NCBI GenBank assembly: GCA_963730935.1
Contig: CAVSTP010000004.1
Location: 352,001-416,000 of the forward strand
DNA length: 64,000 bases
Direction of reading: 5' to 3'
Source of the DNA: an uncultured Nitrospiraceae bacterium
Lineage (GTDB): Bacteria > Nitrospirota > Nitrospiria > Nitrospirales > Nitrospiraceae
Below the pieces are notes generated by a model that saw only the letters and a list, made by a program, of their open reading frames with translations, did not search any database and was not told the origin of the DNA. Positions within the stretch are counted from its first letter, which is position 1, and the number at the start of each line of letters is the position of its first letter. The position numbers were made by a program, and so were the translations under genes. This document shows positions 1-9,506 of this stretch, piece by piece.

Positions 1-396
1 GATGTGCCGAAATTCACCGTCATCATTGGTGCTTCTCACGGAGCCGGCAACTATGCGATGGGCGGACGGGCCTATGGTCCGCGCTTCCTCTTTCTCTGGC
101 CCAACGCACGCACATCGGTGATGGGAGCGCAACAGGCCGCCCAGGTACTTGTCACCGTGAAGCAACAGCAGCGAGCCCGTGAACAAGCGGCGGTGTCCGG
201 AGATGAACAACGCCGGATCATGGATTCGACGATCGCCCAGTACGAGCGGGAAGGCAGCGCTCTCTTCAGCACGGCCCGGCTCTGGGATGACGGCATTATC
301 AACCCCGTAGACACCAGGGCGATTCTCGGACTGTGTTTGGACATTGCGATGACGATGCCGGTGCGCCGGTCCCATCCGCCGGTGTTCCGCATGTGA
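1..396 (+). CDS. 3' end of biotin-dependent carboxyltransferase (methylcrotonyl-CoA carboxylase beta subunit-like), truncated by window edge
   Basis: GASHGAGNYAMGGRAY, SVMGAQQAA and ARLWDDGIINPVDTR motifs; reading frame is open from base 1. Confidence 0.88.
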   Translation, partial: DVPKFTVIIGASHGAGNYAMGGRAYGPRFLFLWPNARTSVMGAQQAAQVLVTVKQQQRAREQAAVSGDEQRRIMDSTIAQYEREGSALFSTARLWDDGIINPVDTRAILGLCLDIAMTMPVRRSHPPVFRM

Positions 397-415
397 GGGA
401 CAAATAGGATATCCG

Positions 416-1204
416 ATGTCGATCCTTGTTGAATCGGAGAAGGGTCTTGCGCGCATCACGTTGAACCGGCCGGGCCGGCGCAACGCCTTCGATGCCGCGA
501 TGGTGGAGGAGATTCGCCGGGCCTTCGACAAGTTGGGACAGGATCGCTCGGTGCGCGTCATTGTCCTAACCGGTGCCGGCGAAACGTTTTGCGCAGGAGC
601 CGATCTCCGCTGGATGGGTCCGGACCGAACGGTGTCCGCGTTGGAAGCCAGACTGGATGCCGAGCAGTTACTGACGATGTTCCAAACCATCGACGAATGT
701 CCCTGTCCCGTTATTGCGCGTATTCAGGGAGCCGCATATGGTGGAGGGGTGGGATTGATCGCTGTGTCGGATATTGCCGTAGCGGCAACAGAAGCCACGT
801 TTGCGTTCAGTGAAGTCCGTTTGGGTTTCGTCGCGGGCGTGATCAGTCCGTTCGTTCTTCGCAAGGCCGGAGAATCGTTCGCCCGCCGGTTCTGTCTCTC
901 GGGGGAGCCGTTTTCAGCGGTAACTGCGCAAGCGGCCGGTCTCATTCACGAGGTGGTCGAACTGGCCGGCCTTGATGCCCAGGTCACCGCATTGGCGGAA
1001 CAAATCGCGCGGGCGGCACCACAGGCGGCACGGGACACGAAGGCTCTCTTGCGGCGGCTCGGCCGCGTGTCGGCAGAAGAAGCCTGGGAGATCTGCGTGG
1101 GTGCGAACATCCGGGCGCGACTATCCGGGGAAGCGCAGGAAGGATTTCGCGCCTTCCGTGAGCGCCGGGCACCGCTTTGGCCGAGCCAGGGCGGCGGCGA
1201 GTAA
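416..1204 (+). CDS. Enoyl-CoA hydratase/isomerase, probably methylglutaconyl-CoA hydratase
   Basis: Crotonase motifs LNRP..RNAF, FCAGADL, AYGGGVGL, FSEVRLG; lies between MCC-beta and HMG-CoA lyase. Confidence 0.85.
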   Translation: MSILVESEKGLARITLNRPGRRNAFDAAMVEEIRRAFDKLGQDRSVRVIVLTGAGETFCAGADLRWMGPDRTVSALEARLDAEQLLTMFQTIDECPCPVIARIQGAAYGGGVGLIAVSDIAVAATEATFAFSEVRLGFVAGVISPFVLRKAGESFARRFCLSGEPFSAVTAQAAGLIHEVVELAGLDAQVTALAEQIARAAPQAARDTKALLRRLGRVSAEEAWEICVGANIRARLSGEAQEGFRAFRERRAPLWPSQGGGE

Positions 1205-1215
1205 AGGACTATTGC

Positions 1216-2163
1216 ATGGCATTGGCGCATCGGCAGGAGAAAAACGTTCTACCTCCCATCCGGATCACCGAAGTCGGTCCCAGGGATGGACTGCAAAATG
1301 AACCAGGCATCGTCTCGACCGAGACAAAGATTGCGTTCGTGAATGCCTTGTCGCAGAGCGGCGTGGCGGAGATCGAGGTAGGATCGTTCGTTTCACCTCG
1401 CGCCATCCCGCAATTGGCGGATTCGGACGAAGTCTTTCAACGGATCGAGCGGCGGCCTGGCGTGGTCTATTCGGCGTTGGTGCCAAACGAACGGGGGTTG
1501 GAACGGGCAAAGGCGGCCGCGGTCGACAAGATCGCGGTCTTCACGGCCGCCTCCGACACGTTCAACCAACGGAACATTCATTGCACGGTGCGAGAGTCGA
1601 TCGGGCGCTTCAGGCCCGTCGTGTCGCGGGCGAGACAGACCGGCATGGCTGTACGGGGATACATCTCCACGGCGACTCATTGTCCGTTCGAGGGCCCCAT
1701 CCCGCCGTCACGCGTGGTGCAGGTGATGCGGGATCTGCTCGATCTTGGCATCGAGGAGATCTCGCTGGGCGACACGATCGGAAGGGCCACACCGTGGGAC
1801 ATCAGAAGACTGTTGGATGAAGTCACGCGGCACATCGGCCGCGCAACGTTGTCGCTTCATTTCCACGATACGTACGGGATGGCGGTCGCCAATGTGTTGA
1901 CCGCCTGGACGGAATATGGGATCGGCTGGTTCGATACGTCCGCAGGGGGCCTCGGCGGCTGTCCTTACGCGCCGGGCGCCTCCGGCAACGTCGCGACGGA
2001 AGATGTCGTCTATGCGTTAAGAGCTTCCGGCGCTTCCGTCCATGTCGATGAACGGCTTGTCGTGAACGCGGCACAGCAAGTGGGCGCCGTGCTGAACCAC
2101 CCGCTGTCTTCCCGACTGTCGAGCGTGTATCAGCGTCACACGACCTATGAGGCTGTTAGGTGA
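1216..2163 (+). CDS. hmgL: Hydroxymethylglutaryl-CoA lyase
   Basis: EVGPRDGLQNE, LHFHDTYG, GGLGGCPYAPGASGNVATED; start placed at ATG 1216 after AAAGGA. Confidence 0.93.
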   Translation: MALAHRQEKNVLPPIRITEVGPRDGLQNEPGIVSTETKIAFVNALSQSGVAEIEVGSFVSPRAIPQLADSDEVFQRIERRPGVVYSALVPNERGLERAKAAAVDKIAVFTAASDTFNQRNIHCTVRESIGRFRPVVSRARQTGMAVRGYISTATHCPFEGPIPPSRVVQVMRDLLDLGIEEISLGDTIGRATPWDIRRLLDEVTRHIGRATLSLHFHDTYGMAVANVLTAWTEYGIGWFDTSAGGLGGCPYAPGASGNVATEDVVYALRASGASVHVDERLVVNAAQQVGAVLNHPLSSRLSSVYQRHTTYEAVR

Positions 2164-2942
2164 CAAGTTCTGTCGTCACGACCACCAAGCGCGCGGGACG
2201 GGCCGACACTCTTGCCGAGCAAGTGAGGTCGGGGAACGTCCGCGCCGTCTCCCGTCTCATCACGTTGTTGGAGAATCAGGAGCCGGATGGCATCGAGGGG
2301 CTGCGCCTCCTGACTCCGGGCACACGCCCACGCAGCGTCATCGGAGTGACCGGCTATCCCGGGGCGGGGAAGAGCACGCTGATCAACGCCCTCCTGAGCG
2401 CCTATCGGCGGCAGGAGAGGAAGGTGGCCGTGCTGGCTGTCGACGTCAGTAGCGCGATGACGGGCGGGGCGTTGCTGGGAGATCGCATCAGAATGCAAGA
2501 GCATGCGCTCGATTCCGGCGTCTACATCAGAAGCATGGCCACGCGCGGCAATCACGGCGGGCTCGCACGTACCACAGACGTCGCAAAACTCGTGTTGGAG
2601 GCCGCGGGCTATGACGTGGTGCTCATCGAGACGGTTGGCGTGGGGCAGAACGAAGCGGACATCATGAATATCTCTCCCACGGTGATTGCAGTCGTCGCGC
2701 CGGGCCTCGGGGATGAAGTTCAGGCGATGAAGGCGGGTCTCCTCGAACTCGCGCACATTATCGTGGTCAATAAAGGGGACCATCCAGGTGCCGACCAGAC
2801 CGTACGGGACCTGCGCGAATGGTGCCCCACGGTCATCGCCACCGTGGCCACGACCGGAGAAGGGTTGTCGGAGCTGCTCGCTGCGATCGCCGCACATCAA
2901 CGAACGCGCGGGATGGCTCACGTTCATCAGCAATTCGAATAG
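2160..2942 (+). CDS. meaB: Methylmalonyl-CoA mutase-associated GTPase (MeaB/ArgK)
   Basis: GYPGAGKST P-loop, GGALLGDRIRM, IRSMATRG, ETVGVGQ, VVNKGD. Confidence 0.92.
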   Translation: MTSSVVTTTKRAGRADTLAEQVRSGNVRAVSRLITLLENQEPDGIEGLRLLTPGTRPRSVIGVTGYPGAGKSTLINALLSAYRRQERKVAVLAVDVSSAMTGGALLGDRIRMQEHALDSGVYIRSMATRGNHGGLARTTDVAKLVLEAAGYDVVLIETVGVGQNEADIMNISPTVIAVVAPGLGDEVQAMKAGLLELAHIIVVNKGDHPGADQTVRDLREWCPTVIATVATTGEGLSELLAAIAAHQRTRGMAHVHQQFE

Positions 2943-2979
2943 TAGTGGCACATCACGGCCGTGCAGGATGGAGGACACC

Positions 2980-3759
2980 ATGACCCATCAGCTGCTCACG
3001 ATCTCTCACCAAATCGCTCGTATTACCCTGCACAATCCACCGGCGAACAGCATCACCGGTCCGGTGCTCAAGGAGCTCGAACAGATGCTGAGCGAAGTCG
3101 AGCAGGACGAATACGTGCGAGCGGTCATCATCACGGGCTCAGGGCGGTTTTTCTGCGCCGGGGCGGATATTCACGAATTGACCCGTTTGAACACCAGCCA
3201 TGCGGGAACCGAGTTTGCCCTGCAGGGCCAAGCGCTGTTCAATCATATCGAACGTTGTGACAAGCCGGTATTGGCTGCAATCAACGGCATCTGCGTCGGT
3301 GGCGGCCTCGAGCTGGCATTGGCCTGCCACATGAGGATTGCTGCGAGCGGAGTGTCACTGGGCTTGCCGGAGATAAAACTGAGCCTCATACCTGGATTTG
3401 GGGGCACCCAACGATTGTCGAGGGTCGTGGGGGCATCCAAAGCGGCGGAAATGATTCTGACGGGAGAGAGTGTCACGGCAGAGGACGCACTCAAGATCGG
3501 CCTGGTGAGCCGGGTCGTCCACAGCCATGAATTGATGACACAAGCGGAAGCCATCGTCGGAATGATCGCCGCACGGGAAACGGCCGCAGTCCAGGCCGTC
3601 TTGCATGCCATACGGGGAGGGCTCGACATTCCGCTCTCAGAAGGCCTTGTGAGAGAAGCCGAATTATTCGGTCAGTTGTGTGCGACGCCTGAGAAACGCA
3701 AGGCCATACAGGCTTTTATCGAGAAGCGACAGGCGAGAATGTCGGCAACTCACGCGTAA
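2980..3759 (+). CDS. Enoyl-CoA hydratase (crotonase family)
   Basis: FCAGADI, CVGGGLELALAC, LPEIKLSLIPGFGGTQRL; start at ATG 2980 after GGAGG. Confidence 0.9.
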   Translation: MTHQLLTISHQIARITLHNPPANSITGPVLKELEQMLSEVEQDEYVRAVIITGSGRFFCAGADIHELTRLNTSHAGTEFALQGQALFNHIERCDKPVLAAINGICVGGGLELALACHMRIAASGVSLGLPEIKLSLIPGFGGTQRLSRVVGASKAAEMILTGESVTAEDALKIGLVSRVVHSHELMTQAEAIVGMIAARETAAVQAVLHAIRGGLDIPLSEGLVREAELFGQLCATPEKRKAIQAFIEKRQARMSATHA

Positions 3760-3799
3760 GTGCTTCGTGTAACGACACGTCCGGTGGAGGGGTATCCGA

Positions 3800-5209
3800 A
3801 TGCTTGCGGAGCGCCTCGCTCGATACTGCCACTCGTTGACCTTTAAAGATATCCCGGAGACCGTCGTCCATGAGGTGAAACGACGGGTGCTCGACAGCTT
3901 AGGCTGCGCGCTCGGTGCCTGGAATGCACCGCCCTGCCGCTTCGCCCGTCAAGTTGCCCAACGAGTCAAGATCGTGAGAGGTGCGACCCTCTGGGGAACC
4001 GGGCACAAAACCCTTCCAGAACTTGCCACGTTCGCCAATGGAAGTCTGGTGAGGTATTTCGATTTCAACGATACTTACCTGGCCAAGGAACCGGCGCATC
4101 CTTCCGACAACATCCCTGCCGTTTTTGCCGTCGCCGAGTCGATGGGTGCATCCGGAAAACGCGTCATTCAAGCGATCGCGCTGGCCTATGAGGTGCAGTG
4201 TCGATTGTGCGATGCCGCGGCATTGCGTCCTCGCGGCTGGGATCATGTGACCTACGGTCCGTTTTCTTCAGCCCTCGCAGCGGCCAACATCATGAAGCTT
4301 TCGGAAACCAAGACCAGGCATGCCGTCAATCTCGCCGGCGTCGCCAATGTCGCCCTGAGACAGACTCGAGTCGGGGATCTGTCGATGTGGAAGGCGTGCG
4401 CCTTCTCGAATGCGGCCCGTAACGGGGTGTTCGCCGTCATGTTGGCGCAGCGGGGGATGACGGGCCCCGCTCCAATTTTTGAGGGTGAAAAAGGCTTCAT
4501 GAAACTCGTCTCGGGACCACTCGAAGTTGCGCCATTCGGCAGTGAACCGGATCAGGCACGCGAGATGGACGGGAGCCACGCACCGGGGTTCAAGATTTTG
4601 GAGACGTATATCAAACACTATCCGGTGGAGTACCACGCCCAGACAGCAGTGGAAGCGGCATTGGAGCTTCGAGCCGAAGTGAGACAAGCCGAAGGAGGTG
4701 ACGCCATTCGCCACCTGTCCGAGATCGAGATCGGCAGCTATGATGTTGCCATCGAAATCATCGGGCGAGAGCCGGAAAAATGGCAACCGACGACGAGGGA
4801 AACCGCTGATCACAGTTTTCCCTATTGCGTCGCCGTCGCCTTGCTGGACGGACGGGTCACCCTGGAGTCGTTCGGTCCACAGCGACTACGAGACTCAGCG
4901 GTGTGTGAATTGATGAAGAAGGTCCGGGTCGTGCGCGACACCGACTTCGTGGACCGCTACCCCGCCGCCATGCCGACCCGTATTACCGTGAGAACTCGAG
5001 AGGGCAAGACCTATACGAAACAAAAGGACCTGCCATTGGGCCATCCCGGCAATCCGATGTCGGATCAGGAACTTGAAGGTAAATTCCGGCGGTTGGTGGG
5101 CCGGCGGCTGGGCCGCGCCCGCACAGAGGATCTGATCCGGCTCGTCTGGCGGCTGGAGCAGATGAAAGATATCGGCACGCTGATGCCACTGCTAAGGATG
5201 AGCGCGTGA
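3800..5209 (+). CDS. prpD: 2-methylcitrate dehydratase (MmgE/PrpD family)
   Basis: RYFDFNDTYLAKEPAHPSDNI, GWDHVT, RETADHSFPY, GHPGNP. Confidence 0.92.
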   Translation: MLAERLARYCHSLTFKDIPETVVHEVKRRVLDSLGCALGAWNAPPCRFARQVAQRVKIVRGATLWGTGHKTLPELATFANGSLVRYFDFNDTYLAKEPAHPSDNIPAVFAVAESMGASGKRVIQAIALAYEVQCRLCDAAALRPRGWDHVTYGPFSSALAAANIMKLSETKTRHAVNLAGVANVALRQTRVGDLSMWKACAFSNAARNGVFAVMLAQRGMTGPAPIFEGEKGFMKLVSGPLEVAPFGSEPDQAREMDGSHAPGFKILETYIKHYPVEYHAQTAVEAALELRAEVRQAEGGDAIRHLSEIEIGSYDVAIEIIGREPEKWQPTTRETADHSFPYCVAVALLDGRVTLESFGPQRLRDSAVCELMKKVRVVRDTDFVDRYPAAMPTRITVRTREGKTYTKQKDLPLGHPGNPMSDQELEGKFRRLVGRRLGRARTEDLIRLVWRLEQMKDIGTLMPLLRMSA

Positions 5210-5215
5210 ACACCC

Positions 5216-6112
5216 ATGAAACCTGACCACCAGACGAATGCCTCTCGCTTGCGAGAACTGCTGGACACGAGGACGATCAGCATTCCGGGAGCCTTCAATG
5301 CGCTGATCGCCATGCAGATCGAGCGCGCCGGCTATGAGGCGGTATATGTTTCCGGGGCAGCCTTGTCCGCCTGCCGCGGCGTCCCGGACATCGGGCTCCT
5401 TACACTGGCCGACGTGGCAGACGAGGCGGGCAGAATTGCGCGATCGGTCTCCATCCCCACGATCGTTGATGCAGATACCGGATACGGCGGTCCTTCGGTG
5501 GTTCGTGAGGCGGTGAAGGCATTCGAAGAGGCCGGCCTAGCAGGCATGCAAATCGAGGATCAAGAGCCGGCCAAGAAGTGCGGCCATCTTGCGGGGAAAC
5601 GGCTCATACCAGTCGGTGAAATGGCGTCGAAGATTGAGGCGGCGGTGCGAGCGAAAAAAGACCAGGATTTCATGATCGTCGCCCGCACCGATGCACGCGC
5701 GGTGGAGGGGATCGAGGGCGCTGTACGGCGCGCCAAAGCCTATGCTGACGTCGGAGCCGACGTGCTCTTTCCCGAGGCCTTGGAGTCGGCCGACGAATTT
5801 CAACGTTTTGCGCAGGACATACGCGGGACAGGCGTCACGGTGCCGTTGGTGGCCAACATGACCGAGTTCGGAAAAACTCCGCTACTGAGCTGCGCTGAAT
5901 TTGAGTCTCTGGGCTATCGCGGCGTACTGTTTCCCGTCACCGCCTTACGGACGGCATTGCGCGCCATCGAAGCGCTGCTCGCCGAATTGAAGCTCTTCGG
6001 CACGCAGCGGGATTGGCTGCATCACATGATGACACGGAAAGAATTGTACACACTGCTCCGTTATCCGGAATCTCTCGAATCACAAGCGGAGGATGTACGG
6101 GTACGTCAATGA
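5216..6112 (+). CDS. prpB: Methylisocitrate lyase
   Basis: DADTGYG, KKCGHL, VARTDAR, ANMTEFGKTP. Confidence 0.93.
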   Translation: MKPDHQTNASRLRELLDTRTISIPGAFNALIAMQIERAGYEAVYVSGAALSACRGVPDIGLLTLADVADEAGRIARSVSIPTIVDADTGYGGPSVVREAVKAFEEAGLAGMQIEDQEPAKKCGHLAGKRLIPVGEMASKIEAAVRAKKDQDFMIVARTDARAVEGIEGAVRRAKAYADVGADVLFPEALESADEFQRFAQDIRGTGVTVPLVANMTEFGKTPLLSCAEFESLGYRGVLFPVTALRTALRAIEALLAELKLFGTQRDWLHHMMTRKELYTLLRYPESLESQAEDVRVRQ

Positions 6113-7272
6113 GCGAATCTCCCGCACGCGACGCAGGGCATCATTCCTATAGTCCTGGCCTCGAAGGCGTGATCGCCGGAGAATCGGCGTTGTGCCTCGT
6201 GGACGAAGGAGAAGCCGGTCTCCTCTATCGCGGATACGGAATCGCAGATTTGGCGGAGCACAGCACGTTTGAAGAGGTGGCGTATCTTCTCCTCTTTGGC
6301 CATCTCCCGACTCCTCAGGAGCTGAAGACCTTCTCAGTGCAAATGACGGAACAATCATTGTTGCCTCGTCCGGTCGAGGCGTTTCTCGACGTCGTCCCAA
6401 AAGCCTCGCATCCGATGGATGTGCTGCGAACCGGCATGTCGATCCTCGGGATGACCGATCCGGAGGCCAGCGACAATTCTGCGGAAGCGAATGTCCGTAA
6501 ATCCGTTCGCTTGCTGTCGCAGATCCCCTCATTGATTTCAGCGGCGGATCGAATCGCTCGTGGCGCCCCGCTGCTTCCTCGACACCCTGATCTCAGCTTC
6601 GCGGAAAACCTGCTCTATCTGTTGACAGGCCAGAAGGGGGACGATCGGGCGAAGGCTATGGCTCGTGTCCTCGACGTGTCTCTCATCCTGTATGCCGAGC
6701 ACGAATTCAACGCCTCCACGTTCTCGGCCCGCGTGACCGCTTCGACCATGACGGATCTCCACTCAGCGATTACATCGGCAATCGGTACGCTCAAGGGACC
6801 GCTGCATGGAGGAGCCAACGAAGCTGTGGCGCAGATGTTTCTTGAAATCGGAAGCCCTGGAAAGGCTGAGCGATGGGTGCGAGAGTCGCTTACGAGCAAG
6901 CGCCGGATCATGGGCTTCGGTCACCGTGTCCTCAAGACCGGGGATGCACGCTCCGCCATCATCCAGCGTCATGCGGCAACCTTGAGTCGGATCTGCGGCG
7001 ACCAGCGCTGGTATGAGATTGCCACCGCGGTTGAACAGGTGATGCGGGATGACAAGGGGCTATACCCCAACCTGGATTTCTATACGGCAGCGGCCTATCT
7101 CTTGATGGCGATTCCGCGCACGCTGTACACCCCGGTGTTTGTCTGTTCGCGCATTACCGGATGGTGCGCACATGTGATCGAGCAGCAAAGCCACAATCGT
7201 CTTATGAGGCCTCGCGCATTGTACACAGGCCCCTCCAAGAGGGAGTATGTCCCGCTTGATCGCCGTGCCTGA
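6109..7272 (+). CDS. prpC: Citrate/2-methylcitrate synthase
   Basis: GLEGVIA, YAEHEFNASTF, LKGPLHGGANE, MGFGHRV, YPNLDFY; ATGA overlap with the prpB stop. Confidence 0.88.
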   Translation: MSESPARDAGHHSYSPGLEGVIAGESALCLVDEGEAGLLYRGYGIADLAEHSTFEEVAYLLLFGHLPTPQELKTFSVQMTEQSLLPRPVEAFLDVVPKASHPMDVLRTGMSILGMTDPEASDNSAEANVRKSVRLLSQIPSLISAADRIARGAPLLPRHPDLSFAENLLYLLTGQKGDDRAKAMARVLDVSLILYAEHEFNASTFSARVTASTMTDLHSAITSAIGTLKGPLHGGANEAVAQMFLEIGSPGKAERWVRESLTSKRRIMGFGHRVLKTGDARSAIIQRHAATLSRICGDQRWYEIATAVEQVMRDDKGLYPNLDFYTAAAYLLMAIPRTLYTPVFVCSRITGWCAHVIEQQSHNRLMRPRALYTGPSKREYVPLDRRA

Positions 7273-8975
7273 CCATATCGCGCAGGCGAGGAGGATCGAA
7301 GGATCCACCCCGCCCTTGCCGTGGGCCTCGTTTGCCGATTTCTTCACCTCACGCGTCTATGATCGCACGTTGATTCACCGACCGTTCTTGACCTATTGCG
7401 ATGACGACTCTTGTTCTCACTACACCTATACCTATGCGCAGTTCGGTACGGTCGTCCAAGAGGCGGCTGCCTTCCTGCATAATCGTGTCGGCCTCCGGCG
7501 AGGAGACCGCATGGCGACGGTGCTGTTCAACCACGACGTGACCGTCATCCTGTATTTTGCCGCCTGGTTGTCGGGATGCACCGTCGTTCCGATCAACGTC
7601 GAAGAAGCCCAGGAGAAGAAGCGCTTTATTCTGGAGCATTCGGAGGCAGCCGCCGTCTGTTGCTGGCACAGTGATGTGGAGGAACTGAAGGAGCTTCAGC
7701 GCGACCTCCCCTCGTTGCGACAGGTGATTGCCGTCACTAAGGAAGGTCTGCTCAACTCGAGCGAGCCCGGGAGCAAAAAGGCGCAATCCTCTTCGTTCGC
7801 CTCCGGGTCCTTATCACATGTTGGCTCATTGGACGACGAAGCCCTCATCGTCTATACGTCGGGGACGACCGGCCCGCCCAAAGGGAGTCGTGCTGACGGT
7901 CGCCAATCTGCTGACGGACGCGGACGCAATCGCCGATTGGCATGGGTTCGGGACTCGACGACCGTCTGATGTGCGTGCTTCCCTATTCATCATGTGAATG
8001 GCACCGTGGTGACGTTGATCACGCCGTTCTATTGTCAAGGGAAGCGTGGTGCTCAATCGCAAGTTCAGAAGCGCCACGTTCTGGCGAAGGTTGCAGGATG
8101 AACGCATCACCTGCGTGAGCGTCGTTCCCACACTGCTGGAGTTTCTCCTGGACGCAAACGACGATGTCACCGCGTATCAATTGCAGGACTTCGCGGGCTT
8201 CATTTGCGGCGCCGGCCTCTGCTGAAAGACACGGCGACACGATTTGAGGACAGGTTCGCTTTTCCGATCCGCCACGGCTACGGCTTATCGGAAACGACCT
8301 GTTATTCCTGCTTTTTTCCGACCGACTTGCCGTCCCATGAGCATCGTCACTGGATCAGGGACTTTGAGTTTCCTTCCATCGGCGTGCCCCTGCGACACAA
8401 TCAAATGGCAATTCTGGACCAGGAAGGTCAGCAACTTCCGGAGCTCTCGCGGGGAGAGATATGCATTCGGGGAGGGACCGTCTGCGCCGGCTATTATAAG
8501 CGTGACGATGCGAATGATGACGCGTTCCAATGGGGCTGGTTCCGCTCAGGCGACGAGGGCTTCTACCTGCGAGACGGGCAGGGGAGGCCGTTTTTCTTCA
8601 TTTCCGGGCGCCTAAAAGAATTGATCATTCGCGGCGGCGTCAATATCTCTCCGCTTGAAGTCGACGACGTCATTGAAAACCCATCCGCTTGTCCGGTTCG
8701 CCATGGCCGTGCCGTTCGATCACCGCTATTACGGAGAGGAAATCGCCGGTTATGTCGTGCCGCGGGACGGCGTTCCTGTTCCTACGGCGGCCGAGGTGCT
8801 GAAGCATTGCCGTCGCCTGTTGCCGTTCTCCAAATGCCCTAAGGTCATTGTGTTCGGGCACGATGTTCCGTATACCTCAACGGGCAAGCCGAAACGGCTG
8901 GAATTGAAGGCACAGCTCGCTTCCAGCCTGGCCGCCTATCGGGATCACCAGTTCAAGGAAGAAGAATTGACGTAG
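7247..8975 (+). pseudogene. AMP-binding acyl-CoA synthetase, broken by several frameshifts (possibly sequencing indels)
   Basis: YTSGTTGPPKG, HGYGLSET, GWFRSGDEG, GRLKELIIRGGVNISPLEVD and TSTGKPKR fall in different frames (7247-7969, 7728-7997, 8204-8842, 8655-8975). Confidence 0.85.
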
Positions 8976-8985
8976 GGGGACAGTC

Positions 8986-9439
8986 ATGTCGGAACACAAA
9001 GTTGGGCTGGAATGGAAGAGGGAATCGGAGCGATTCACGTACGACACGTACAATCGAGACCACGTCCTGACATTTGAAGGCGGTGCGCGAGTTGCAGCAT
9101 CTGCCGCTCCTGCCTATCGTGGCAATCCCGCACTCGTCAATCCGGAGGAAGGGTTCGTCGCGGCGCTATCCAGCTGCCACATGCTCACCTTTTTGGCCGT
9201 CGCAGCGAAGAAGCGGTTCATTGTTGATCGCTACAGCGATCACGCCGTGGGATTCCTTGAAAAAAATCAGCAAGGCAAGCTGGCCATCACCCGCGTCGTC
9301 TTGCATCCCCGAGGTCGAATTCAGCGGTCCGACGTTGCCGAATCCCAAGGAGATTGCCGAGTTGCATGAACTCGCGCACAGCGGATGCTTTATTGCCAAT
9401 TCCGTCACAACCGAAGTGACGATTGACGCCGACTCATAG
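8986..9439 (+). CDS. OsmC/Ohr family protein, one frameshift near 9308
   Basis: NPEEGFVAALSSCHMLTFL in one frame and AHSGCFIANSV in another; the shift is at a CCCC run. Confidence 0.85.
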
Positions 9440-9506
9440 TGCTGATGTTGCGGTTTGCGCTCAAGACATATCACCGCCGTTCTTCGGCTATTCTCCTGAG
9501 CGATAT

